Positions 53,476-62,941 of a stretch of DNA of 64,000 bases are shown in pieces. The stretch is taken from the NCBI GenBank assembly GCA_963714015.1, contig OY970223.1, positions 1,024,001-1,088,000 of the forward strand, written 5' to 3'. Every line of letters begins with the position of its first letter. Within the stretch, counting starts at the first letter, position 1. The notes beneath the pieces are model-generated. The model was not told where the DNA came from, ran no database searches, and saw only the letters and a list, made by a program, of their open reading frames with translations. The DNA is from Vulcanimicrobiota bacterium. GTDB lineage: Bacteria; Vulcanimicrobiota; Vulcanimicrobiia; Vulcanimicrobiales; Vulcanimicrobiaceae. Made by a program: the position numbers and the translations under genes.

Positions 53476-54822
53476 ATGACGACGCGCGGTCGAAGCTACG
53501 ACGTATTGGTAATCGGGGGCGGTAACGCCGGATGCGCGGCCGCAATTGCAGCTGCGCGGCACGGCGCGCGAACGCTGCTCGTAGAACGTTACGGATTCTT
53601 GGGCGGCACGGCGACGGCCGCGATGGTGGGACCCTGGATGACTTTCCATTCAGGAAGCAAGCGCATCGTCGGCGGCATCGCGCAGGAGATCGTCGAGCGC
53701 CTCATGCGCGCCGGCGGTTCGCCGGGCCATCTTCAGGATTCTTCCGACTACGTTGCGACCATCACGCCGTTCGATCCCGAGATTCACAAAGCGCTTCTCT
53801 TCGAGATGACGCGCGAGGCCGGCGTGGATTTGCTCCTCCACGCGTACTTTCTGCGGGCGCTCGGGTCAGGCGGTGAAGTTTTCGGCGCCGCCTTTGCCAC
53901 TGTCGCCGGGGAGCGCGAATATCGCGCAGGCATCACGATCGACGCAACCGCGGACGCATTCGTCGCCGCCTCCGCCGGCGCGGCAACGCAGCAAGGTGAC
54001 GAACGCGGCCGAGTTCAGCCCGCGAGCTTGATGTTTCGGTTGAGCCACGTGGATCTCGCGAAAACCGCATCGTACGTTCGGATGCATCCCGATCAAATGC
54101 GCACCTCCCTCAAGGCGCACGAGCGGACGACGCTCTCGCTGACCGCAGTCGCCGGCCTGTACGACCTTTGGAACGAAGCGCTCGAGGCGGGTGCCGTCGC
54201 GATACCGCGCGAGCTCGTCTCGTTCTTCATCTCACCGTATCCCGACGAGGTGACAGTGAACATGACGCGCGTCACGGGCATCGATCCGCTCGATCCTGAC
54301 GATCTGACGCGCGCCGAGGTGGAAGCGCGCACGCAAGTGATGCAGCTGGTCGAGTTCTTCCGCTCGCGCGTTCCCGGTTTCGAGCAGGCGCGCATCGCCG
54401 CAACCGGTACGCAGATCGGCATTCGCGAGTCCCGCCGCATCGTCGGAGAATACACGCTCACGCGCGAAGACGTGCTCGAGGGGCGGCGATTTGAAGACGC
54501 GGTGGCGCGTAGCGCCTATCCGATCGACATTCACAACCCGTCCGGAAGCGGAACGGTCACGCATCGTTTGCCCGAAGGAGCGAGCTATGAGATTCCGTTC
54601 CGGTGCTTACTGCCTAAAAACGTCGATCGGCTTTTGGTCGCGGGACGCTGCATCTCGACGACGCACGAGGCGCTCGCCTCCACGCGTCTAACCCCGACCG
54701 TCATGACGCTCGGTCAAGCCGCCGGAACGGCCGCGGCGCTTGCCAAACGCGTCGGCGGTTTGCGTGAGATCGAAGCCCGGCAGCTTCGTGAAACGCTCGC
54801 CGAAGACGGCGTTCTGTTGTAA
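53476..54822 (+). CDS. FAD-dependent oxidoreductase
   Basis: DVLVIGGGNAG, IRESRRI.GEY, YEIPFRCL, GQAAGTAAA. Confidence 0.88.
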   Translation: MTTRGRSYDVLVIGGGNAGCAAAIAAARHGARTLLVERYGFLGGTATAAMVGPWMTFHSGSKRIVGGIAQEIVERLMRAGGSPGHLQDSSDYVATITPFDPEIHKALLFEMTREAGVDLLLHAYFLRALGSGGEVFGAAFATVAGEREYRAGITIDATADAFVAASAGAATQQGDERGRVQPASLMFRLSHVDLAKTASYVRMHPDQMRTSLKAHERTTLSLTAVAGLYDLWNEALEAGAVAIPRELVSFFISPYPDEVTVNMTRVTGIDPLDPDDLTRAEVEARTQVMQLVEFFRSRVPGFEQARIAATGTQIGIRESRRIVGEYTLTREDVLEGRRFEDAVARSAYPIDIHNPSGSGTVTHRLPEGASYEIPFRCLLPKNVDRLLVAGRCISTTHEALASTRLTPTVMTLGQAAGTAAALAKRVGGLREIEARQLRETLAEDGVLL

Positions 54823-55130
54823 TGCAGCGCGCAATCGCGCTCGCGCACGCGTTTGGCGTTCGGGTCGAGATCGCGGATTTGGGCGACTGGGGAAGTGACG
54901 AACTTCGATCCGAGTACGATCCCGACGGCCCGGTAATACGCATAAATCAACGAATCGTCGAGCGTCTCGATTCGAACGAAATCGGAAACTTCGTCGCGCT
55001 CGCAATAGGCCACGAGCTGTATCATCATCGCGAGCACCGCGGGGAGGTTGCACCTGCGCCGAATCGTTCCGCGCGCGAGCGCGCCGCCGACGATTATGCG
55101 CGCCGGCTCCTGGCCGAAGGGGAGCCGTAG
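54822..55130 (+). CDS. Small HExxH metallopeptidase-like protein (ImmA/IrrE-like)
   Basis: IGHELYHH...ERAADDYA; overlaps both neighbours by 1 nt. Confidence 0.65.
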   Translation: MQRAIALAHAFGVRVEIADLGDWGSDELRSEYDPDGPVIRINQRIVERLDSNEIGNFVALAIGHELYHHREHRGEVAPAPNRSARERAADDYARRLLAEGEP

Positions 55131-56053
55131 TGCGGTATTTCGCGGGAATCGACGGCGGACAATCCGCGACGGCGGCAGTTGCCGCCGACGAACTCGGGCG
55201 GATTCTGGGACGCGGCACCGGACCCGGCGCCGACGAAGTCGGTGAACTGCCGGGTTCGAGCCGCCTGCACGACGCGCTCGGGACTGCGCTGACCGGCGCT
55301 ATCGCGGCAGCCAATCTCCCCGCCGGCGTGCAATTCGAGCGGATCGTTGCGGGCGTGAGCGGCTATGAAGGGCGGGTGTACGGAGAACCGCCGCAACTGC
55401 CGGCCGCATCGCTGACCCTGGTGCACGATGCGGTAAACGCCCATGCGGGCGCGTTCGCGGGACGTCCGGGCGTCGTCGTGATAGCCGGCACGGGTTCGGT
55501 TGCATTCGCTCGCAGCGAACGAGGCGCCGAAGCGGTAGCCGGCGGATGGGGGTTTCTGTTCGGTGATGAAGGTAGCGCGTTTTGGCTGGCGCGCAGCGCC
55601 GTCTCGGATGCGATGCGCGATGCCGACGCCGGTGAACCGAACGATCTCGCGCCCGTCGCGCTTCAGCATTTCGGCCGCACGTCGCTGCGCGATCTCTCCC
55701 GCGCGTTTTATGCGCGAGAGATCAGCCGCGCGCAATTTGCACTCTTCGCCGTCGACGTGCTCCAGGCAGCCGAACGAGGCAGCGAACCTGCGGCGCGCTA
55801 CGTGCGTGACGGTGCCGGGGCGCTCGTACGTTTGGCAATGCGCGCCGCCGTCAGCGCCGGGCTGCCGGCGGACGCCGAGGCGGCGTTTTTGGGCGGACTC
55901 ACCAAGAGCAGCACGATGCAAGGCGAGATTGCCCAGTGGATGCGCACGCTCATACCGAGCGCGCGCCGCGTCGCGCCCAAGCACGATGCTGCCGTCGGCG
56001 CATTGATTTTGGCCTATCGCGCTGCGGGCATCGATCCGCCGGTAATCGCATGA
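55130..56053 (+). CDS. BadF/BadG-type N-acetylhexosamine kinase
   Basis: GIDGGQS, IAGTGS, GGWGFLFGDEGSA. Confidence 0.85.
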   Translation: MRYFAGIDGGQSATAAVAADELGRILGRGTGPGADEVGELPGSSRLHDALGTALTGAIAAANLPAGVQFERIVAGVSGYEGRVYGEPPQLPAASLTLVHDAVNAHAGAFAGRPGVVVIAGTGSVAFARSERGAEAVAGGWGFLFGDEGSAFWLARSAVSDAMRDADAGEPNDLAPVALQHFGRTSLRDLSRAFYAREISRAQFALFAVDVLQAAERGSEPAARYVRDGAGALVRLAMRAAVSAGLPADAEAAFLGGLTKSSTMQGEIAQWMRTLIPSARRVAPKHDAAVGALILAYRAAGIDPPVIA

Positions 56054-56739
56054 ATCTGCTCGACCGCTTGCGCGGCGGATTGATCGTCTCGGTTCAGGCG
56101 CGCGCGGGTTCGGCGCTCGACGATCCGGCTGTGCTGGCGGCGATGGCGGCGGCCGCGCAAGAAAGCGGCGCGGCCGGCGTTCGCATTCAAGGGGTGCGAA
56201 ATCTGCATGCGGTGCGGTCGCGCGTCGGCTTGCCGGTGATCGGGATCATCAAACGCGAGTATGAAGACTTCGAGCCTTATATCACGCCTACGCTGCGCGA
56301 GATTCGCGAGGTACTGGAGACGGGCGCGGAGATCGTGGCGTTCGACGCGACCGCCCGGCCGCATCCGTCGGGCGTCTGCGTAGAGCAACTGGTCGCGGCA
56401 ATCCGGGCCGGCGGCGCGATCGCTATGGCCGACTGCGCGCAGGCCGCCGAGGGCGTGGCGGCGCAGGCTGCCGGCGCGGAGATCGTCGCGACGACCCTGT
56501 GCGGCTATACAAAGGAAACTCGCGGAGCGAAGCTGCCGGCGCTCGAACTCGTTCGTGAGTTCGCGGAGCTTGAGACATTTGTCATCTGCGAGGGTGGGAT
56601 ACATGCCCCGGCTTCAGCCGCCGCTGCTTTGCAAGCGGGCGCGCAGGCGGTTGTCGTCGGCACCGCAATCACCAATACCGAATGGCTCGTGCAGCAGTTC
56701 GTCTCCTCGCTTGCGCCACGAAAGTCGTGGCCCGCATAG
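56050..56739 (+). CDS. nanE: N-acetylmannosamine-6-phosphate 2-epimerase
   Basis: GLIVSVQA, PVIGIIK, YITPT, MAD, TTLCGYT, EGGI, VVGTAIT. Confidence 0.92.
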   Translation: MNLLDRLRGGLIVSVQARAGSALDDPAVLAAMAAAAQESGAAGVRIQGVRNLHAVRSRVGLPVIGIIKREYEDFEPYITPTLREIREVLETGAEIVAFDATARPHPSGVCVEQLVAAIRAGGAIAMADCAQAAEGVAAQAAGAEIVATTLCGYTKETRGAKLPALELVREFAELETFVICEGGIHAPASAAAALQAGAQAVVVGTAITNTEWLVQQFVSSLAPRKSWPA

Positions 56740-56828
56740 GACGGGTTTGCCTATAGTCAAATAGAGGTGAGCTCCGAAGGAGCCCGCGCCAGGGTATCTA
56801 TAAACCGCATGCGCCGTTTGGGGTTAGA

Positions 56829-57946
56829 GTGGCAGTAGAAAATAGAGATCCGGCAGTCCGGCTGGATAGCGGATTTTGGATCGTCACGGGCGGCTTGACC
56901 GTCCTAGCGATCTTGACCATCATTTGGTGGATCGTCGCGCCGATTACAAGCATCCTGCCCGAGTCGGTCGACAAAGCCGCGCAGATCGATACGCTGTACC
57001 GCTTCCTTGCCGCGTCCGGTTCGGCGCTGTTCGTGTACGTCTGCGGATACATCATCTATTTCTCGGTTGCGTTCCGCCGGCGCCCGAACCAGGCGGCCGA
57101 CGCCATCGGCGTCCAAATCCACGACAGCAACAAGCTGGAATTCTGGTGGACGCTCGGGCCCTTCGTCTACGTCGTGATCCTTGCGATCATCAGCGTGAAA
57201 ATTTTCTACGGCATCGAACCGTTCAACATGCCCAGCAACTCCCTGGTCGTCGAAGCGTTGGGCCACCAGTGGTTTTACACGTTCCGCTATCCCGGAATCA
57301 ACGGCGAGGTCAAGCAACTTCACCTGCCGCTGGGCCAACAGGTGACGATGCACGTCAGCGCCTACGACGTGATCCACTCGTTCTGGGTTCCCAGCATGCG
57401 TCTGAAGGCCGACATGGTGCCGGGCTTGGTGAACACGCTGGTCTTCACACCGACGAACGTCGGCAAGTACAAGATCATCTGCACCGAGTTCTGCGGCACG
57501 CTCCACGGCGACATGCGCAGCGGCACGGCCAACGATCCCGCCTACATGTACATCGATCCGCCGGCCAAATACAAAGCTGGTACGACTCAACGCAGAAAGC
57601 CAACGCGAACGAGAGTAATGCCGTCGCGATAGCTTCTACCACGGCAGTCACTTTGACCGGCGGCGATGCGGCTGCCGGTAAGGCGCTGTTCACGCAGAAA
57701 TGCTCGGCGTGCCACGCCCTGGGGCCGTTCGATCAGAAGATCGTCGGACCGGGCCTGAAAGGCGTGCTGCACGATCCCGCGCATCCGAGCCTCGTAAACG
57801 GGGATCCGGCAACGCCCGACGACGTAGCAAAGATCCTGCAGCACGGTTTCACCGGGCCGATGGGAACGATGCCTAACCAAACCGCCAACGCGATCAGCGA
57901 TAAAGACATCGCCAACCTGGTCGCATTCTTGAACACCTTAAAGTGA
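56829..57946 (+). CDS. coxB: Cytochrome c oxidase subunit II with fused cytochrome c (frameshift near 57575)
   Basis: DVIHSFW, CuA CTEFCGTLHGDM, then CSACH heme motif in the shifted frame. Confidence 0.9.
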
Positions 57947-57956
57947 GGAGTATTGG

Positions 57957-59636
57957 GTGTCAGTAGCAGCAGCAGTACATTCGGGCGGAATCGCCGACCA
58001 TATTCACCCGGAGCCGCAAGGCTTCGTCCGCAAGTATCTGTTCTCGATCGATCACAAGATCATCGGAATACAGTACATGATCACGGCCGGCATCTTCATG
58101 ATCCTGGGCGGCTTGCTCGCCGAGTTGATCCGCGTGCAGCTGATGAAGGCGAACGGCGGCTTCATGACGCCGGACACGTACAATACGGTATTCACGATTC
58201 ACGGGTCGACGATGGTATGGCTGGTCATCATTCCGATGCTGACCGGCGCCTTCGGAAACCTGATCTTCCCCGTGCAGATCGGTGCGCGCGACGTTGCGTT
58301 CCCATGGCTGAACATGATCAGCTTCTGGATATTTCCGATCGCCGGGCTGATGCTCTACTCGTCGTTTCTGATGGGCGCGCCCGCGGCGGGCTGGACCGAA
58401 TACCCTCCGATGTCGCTGCAGGGCGCTCCGGGAACCTCGATGTGGTGCGCCGCCATCTTCCTGGTCGGCATCAGCTCGACGATGACCGGCATTAACTTCG
58501 TCGTCACGATTCTAAAGATGCGCGCGCCCGGCATGACGTTCACGCGAATGCCGCTCTTCGTCTGGGGACAATTCGTGACTGCGCCGCTGCTCATGATCGC
58601 GACGACTGCGCTCGGCGCGGCACTCGCGGCGCTCTTCATGCAGCGCGAATTCGGCGTGGCCTTCTTCGATCCGACCAAAGGAGGCAGCCCGCTCCTTTGG
58701 CAGCACATGTTCTGGTTTTATTCGCATCCGGCCGTCTACATCATGATTCTGCCGGCATTCGGAGCAATCTCGGAAATTCTGCCGACGTTCGCGCGCAAGC
58801 CAATCTTCGGCTACAAGATGATCGCCTTCAGTTCGTGCGCGATCGCGATTCTGGGCTTTATGGTTTGGGCGCATCACATGTTCACCTCGGGCATGGCACC
58901 CGAACTGCAGCTCCCGTTCATGGTCCTCACGATGCTGATTGCCATTCCGACGGGCGTGAAGATCTTCTCTTGGGTAACGACGCTGTGGCGAGGCGTCATC
59001 AGTTTTGCGACTCCGATGCTCTTTGCGACCGGGTTTCTCGCGACGTTTACTTTGGGCGGAATCACCGGCGTATTCTTAGCAGCGGTTCCTTTCGACTTAC
59101 ACGCGCACGGCACGTACTTTATCGTCGCGCATCTGCACTACGTTTTGGTGGGCGGCAGCCTCATGGGAATCCTTGCGATGCTGTTCTTCTGGTACCCGAA
59201 GATGACCGGGCGCTTGATGAACGAGGTTCTCGGTAAATGGGCGTTCTGGCTGTTCCTGATCGGTTTCAACGGAACGTTCCTGCCGATGCACTGGCTCGGC
59301 ATGTGGGGCATGCCGCGCCGCGTCGCCGTCTACGATCCGCAGTTCCAGGCATGGAACGAAATAGCCTCACTCTTTTCCTTCATCATGACGGCGGCACTGT
59401 TGCTGGTCATCGTTAACGTCATCTGGAGCCTGAAGAACGGCAAGCCTTCCGGCCCGAACCCGTGGGGAGGACGCACGCTGGAATGGATGATTTCTTCGCC
59501 GATGCCGTACTACAACTTCAAGCATATTCCGTCGGTCTTCTCCACGCCGTACGACTTCGCCGAGCCGCTGCCGTACCGAGGCCTGGACGAAGAGCTCACC
59601 GATTCACCGCCGCCGGTTCCGGCAGGACACCATTAA
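57957..59636 (+). CDS. coxA: Cytochrome c oxidase subunit I (A2 type)
   Basis: DHKIIG, WFYSHPAVY, VWAHHM, AHLHY, GMPRR. Confidence 0.96.
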   Translation: MSVAAAVHSGGIADHIHPEPQGFVRKYLFSIDHKIIGIQYMITAGIFMILGGLLAELIRVQLMKANGGFMTPDTYNTVFTIHGSTMVWLVIIPMLTGAFGNLIFPVQIGARDVAFPWLNMISFWIFPIAGLMLYSSFLMGAPAAGWTEYPPMSLQGAPGTSMWCAAIFLVGISSTMTGINFVVTILKMRAPGMTFTRMPLFVWGQFVTAPLLMIATTALGAALAALFMQREFGVAFFDPTKGGSPLLWQHMFWFYSHPAVYIMILPAFGAISEILPTFARKPIFGYKMIAFSSCAIAILGFMVWAHHMFTSGMAPELQLPFMVLTMLIAIPTGVKIFSWVTTLWRGVISFATPMLFATGFLATFTLGGITGVFLAAVPFDLHAHGTYFIVAHLHYVLVGGSLMGILAMLFFWYPKMTGRLMNEVLGKWAFWLFLIGFNGTFLPMHWLGMWGMPRRVAVYDPQFQAWNEIASLFSFIMTAALLLVIVNVIWSLKNGKPSGPNPWGGRTLEWMISSPMPYYNFKHIPSVFSTPYDFAEPLPYRGLDEELTDSPPPVPAGHH

Positions 59637-59640
59637 TTAA

Positions 59641-60252
59641 ATGGCAGTAGCTAGCGTTAGGCGCGGCGGATTCGCTCACCACGAAGAGGCGGACCAGCTC
59701 TACATCGAGACTCGCGAACTGCGGGTCCAGGGCTTCCTGCTGTTCATGGTGAGCGACCTCGTCCTATTCTCGTCGTTCATCTTCGCCTATCTCTATCTGC
59801 GAAGCAGCGGACAAGGGTGGCCTCCGCCTGGCGGTCCAAAACTCGATCTCGCGCTCGCATCGCTCAACTCGGGCATCCTGTTCGGATCCGGTGCGACGAT
59901 GCACTTCGCGCTCGAGAATTGGAAGCACCGCAACTTCATGAAGTTCGCGTCGTGGATCGTCACGACGATCGTGTTCGGCATCCTCTTCCTGAGCGGTCAG
60001 ATCATCGAGTATGCGAAGCTCGCCGTCGGCTGGGGTAGCAGCGGTATCTTCGGCGCCGGGTTCTACACCCTGACGGGCATGCACGGCTTCCACGTTTTCT
60101 GCGGCATCATCTATCTGACGGTGCTTCTGCTGCAGGCGACGCACGGAAAGTATACCTTCACGCGGTACACGGGCCTTACTCTGGGCACGCTCTACTGGCA
60201 TTTCGTCGACGTCATCTGGGTCGTGCTCTTCTCGATTTTCTATTTGCTTTAA
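59641..60252 (+). CDS. coxC: Cytochrome c oxidase subunit III
   Basis: TGMHGFHV, YWHFVDVIW. Confidence 0.93.
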   Translation: MAVASVRRGGFAHHEEADQLYIETRELRVQGFLLFMVSDLVLFSSFIFAYLYLRSSGQGWPPPGGPKLDLALASLNSGILFGSGATMHFALENWKHRNFMKFASWIVTTIVFGILFLSGQIIEYAKLAVGWGSSGIFGAGFYTLTGMHGFHVFCGIIYLTVLLLQATHGKYTFTRYTGLTLGTLYWHFVDVIWVVLFSIFYLL

Positions 60253-60267
60253 GGAGCGCTCATCGAA

Positions 60268-60483
60268 ATGGATGCAACATTAGCTCATGTGGAACGCGCT
60301 CTTGCCTTCGTCGTCGGCATCGTGGTGTTCTTCGTGGCGGCGATCGCGTTGAAGAACGACTGGGAGAGCAAAGGCATCGAGAACCAGGTCTTCAAAGGCA
60401 TGCTCGCGTTGCTTGCGCTCGGAGCGATCCTGGCCATTCTCGCCAGCATCAACGTGCTTGCCGGAAAAGGCGTGGAGATTTAA
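60268..60483 (+). CDS. Small two-TM protein in the oxidase operon
   Basis: AAGGAG RBS; two hydrophobic helices. Confidence 0.7.
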   Translation: MDATLAHVERALAFVVGIVVFFVAAIALKNDWESKGIENQVFKGMLALLALGAILAILASINVLAGKGVEI

Positions 60484-60484
60484 C

Positions 60485-60679
60485 ATGTACGATCCGGTAG
60501 ACGAGCGCGGCGTCCCGCAAAGCCGCGGCATTCCGAAGGCGGTGCAGATTGCCGTAATGATCGGCATAATCGCGATCTTCGCCGTGGGCTGGTGGACGTT
60601 GAGGTATGCCGGTTACGGCCACAACTGGCCGTGGCAGAAGAGCCTGCGCATCACCCTGAACGGCAACTACAACCCTTAG
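60485..60679 (+). CDS. Small single-TM protein in the oxidase operon
   Basis: GGAG RBS; MYDPVDERG...IAVMIGIIAIFAVGWW. Confidence 0.65.
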   Translation: MYDPVDERGVPQSRGIPKAVQIAVMIGIIAIFAVGWWTLRYAGYGHNWPWQKSLRITLNGNYNP

Positions 60680-60694
60680 CCGCTTATGTGATCG

Positions 60695-61279
60695 TTAGTC
60701 CAAATCGCGGCGTCGCGGCGCGATGCCGATTGCCAGCGTAGGCAGATCGGCGTCGGGAAGTACCCCGGTCGACTTGCCGTCGATTTTATGTATGCCGCCG
60801 TATTCCGAAAACTCCGCCATCGCCGGAACCGTCAGCGTCGGCAGTTTCTTGGTTCCGTAGCACTCCCACTCGCAGCACAGGTCCTGATCCTCGAAGAGCA
60901 CGGCGACGTAGCCGCTGCTCCCCAAATCGGATTGCTCGTCGGGTCCGCGATAGCGGATGTAACCGTCTACCTGATAAATCGGGCGGTACGTCTGGAAATA
61001 TGCGCGCAGCGGCGCAAAAAGTACCGCGATGAAGTAGGCGGTGAAGGCCAGCGCCATCAGCCCGAAAATCGGAGAGAGGATCCAAAGGTCATGCGGCTTC
61101 GAGACGCGCGAGCGCCAGATGATGCCGTAGGCCAGACCGGCAAAGAACAGCGCACCCAGCAGCGGTTCGATCGCTATCGCCATGCGCCCGGTCAAACCGC
61201 GCCACACGATGCGGCGCTCCGCGTCCGTCCACGGACGCCCTGCCAAATGCGAGTGGCGGCGTACCTTGCGCAGCTTCAT
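60695..61279 (-). CDS. Hypothetical membrane protein
   Basis: Two TM helices plus a soluble C-terminus; start overlaps the aidB stop. Confidence 0.7.
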   Translation of the reverse strand: MKLRKVRRHSHLAGRPWTDAERRIVWRGLTGRMAIAIEPLLGALFFAGLAYGIIWRSRVSKPHDLWILSPIFGLMALAFTAYFIAVLFAPLRAYFQTYRPIYQVDGYIRYRGPDEQSDLGSSGYVAVLFEDQDLCCEWECYGTKKLPTLTVPAMAEFSEYGGIHKIDGKSTGVLPDADLPTLAIGIAPRRRDLD

Positions 61280-62922
61280 TTAGGAGTCGCTCCGGCCCCC
61301 GAGGCGCTCGCAAATGCTCGCTCGACAATGAGGCGATGGTCCGCCGAATACGGGAGCGTCCCCATCGTGCGGCCCCAGCGGCCTGCGACGCGTGACTCGA
61401 TGAACAGATCGCCGGCCGGGCTTTGCGGATCGCCCGCGATGAGCGCGGCCTGCCAGAGCAGCGCCAACCGCTCCACTAAGAAGCGCGCCTGATCCTCGTG
61501 GGCGTCGCGCAACCCCGCAGTCAAATCGTCCACGGCCGTTCGAATACGCGCGTCGCCCATGACCGGTTCCATCTCACGCCGGAATGCTTCGATTGCACCC
61601 GGCTGCTTGGCAAAAATGCGCATAACGTCGAGCGCGTTGATGTTGCCCGAACCTTCCCAAATGGAGTTCAGCGGCGCTTCACGATAAATGCGCGGCATGC
61701 CCGATTCTTCGACGTAGCCGTTGCCGCCCAGACACTCCAGTGCTTCAGCGGTCACGGTGGGCACGCGCTTGCAGACGTAATATTTGCCGATAGCCGTACC
61801 GAGCCGGCGCACGACCAACTCGTGCGGATCGTCATTTGCCCGGTCGACGGAGCGCGCTAGACGCAGCATCAGAATGACGGCCGCCTCGGATTCCAGAGCC
61901 ACGTCGGCGAGAACGTTCTGCATCAGCGGGTGATCGATTAAGCGCTTTCCGAAGGTGCTGCGGTGGCGCGCGTGGTGGACCGCCTGAACAACCGCTTGGC
62001 GCATGAGCGCGGCCGAACCGTTGATGCAATCCAAGCGCGTGAAGTTCACCATCTCGACGATTGTCTGCACGCCGCGGCCTTCCTCACCCAGCCGCAGAGC
62101 CGAGGCGCCGTCAGACTCGATTTCCGAGGACGCGTTCGAGCGATTTCCGAGCTTATCTTTGAGCCGCTGTATCGTGATCGCGTTACGGCTTCCATCCTCC
62201 AGAATGCGCGGCATGAAGAAGCACGTTAATCCGTGCCCGGTTTGCGCCAGCACCAGGAATGCGTCGCTCATCGGCGCCGAGCAGAACCACTTGTGGCCCG
62301 TGAGCAAATAGGCATCACCGGCCGGCGTCCGCTGCGCGAACTGCGCGCGCGTCACGTTGGCGCGTACGTCCGATCCGCCTTGCTTCTCGGTCATCGCCAT
62401 TCCGCAAAGGGCGCTCTGCTTTTCGGCTATGGGCGCTAACTGCGGATCGTAACCGGGGGCAACGAGCTTCGATTCCCATTGGGCGGTAATTTGCGGCCCA
62501 GTTCGAAGGGCGGGCACGCCCGCGTAGGTCATCGATATGGGACAGCCGTGGCCTGCTTCTACTTGGCCCCAGACGTAAAACTTGGCGGCGCGGTTGAGAT
62601 GCGCGTCCGGAGAGTCGCTTTGCCACGGCGCGGCATGAAGACCGTAGCGCGCGGCAACGCGCATCAATTCGTGATAAGCAGGGTGAAACTCGACTTCGTC
62701 GATGCGGTTTCCGAAGCGATCGTGCGTGTGCAGCACCGGCGGGTATTCGTTTGCCAGCCGTCCCCACGTCTGCGCAGTCTCACTCCCCGCCAGCAGGCCG
62801 ATCTCATTCAGTTCGGGAGCAGCGCCGGCGCGCGAAAATCGCTCGAGGCCTCTGCGCAGCGCAATATCGCTATCGAAAACGTTGTAATCGATCAGCGCGG
62901 GCGGTTGATTGGCGACTTCCAT
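61276..62922 (-). CDS. aidB: AidB-like acyl-CoA dehydrogenase
   Basis: NQPPAL, CPISMTY, MTEKQGGSDVR, RLKDKLGNRSNASSE, EAPLNSIWEGSGN. Confidence 0.88.
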   Translation of the reverse strand: MEVANQPPALIDYNVFDSDIALRRGLERFSRAGAAPELNEIGLLAGSETAQTWGRLANEYPPVLHTHDRFGNRIDEVEFHPAYHELMRVAARYGLHAAPWQSDSPDAHLNRAAKFYVWGQVEAGHGCPISMTYAGVPALRTGPQITAQWESKLVAPGYDPQLAPIAEKQSALCGMAMTEKQGGSDVRANVTRAQFAQRTPAGDAYLLTGHKWFCSAPMSDAFLVLAQTGHGLTCFFMPRILEDGSRNAITIQRLKDKLGNRSNASSEIESDGASALRLGEEGRGVQTIVEMVNFTRLDCINGSAALMRQAVVQAVHHARHRSTFGKRLIDHPLMQNVLADVALESEAAVILMLRLARSVDRANDDPHELVVRRLGTAIGKYYVCKRVPTVTAEALECLGGNGYVEESGMPRIYREAPLNSIWEGSGNINALDVMRIFAKQPGAIEAFRREMEPVMGDARIRTAVDDLTAGLRDAHEDQARFLVERLALLWQAALIAGDPQSPAGDLFIESRVAGRWGRTMGTLPYSADHRLIVERAFASASGAGATPK

Positions 62923-62941
62923 AGGGCCGCGCATAGAAGGT

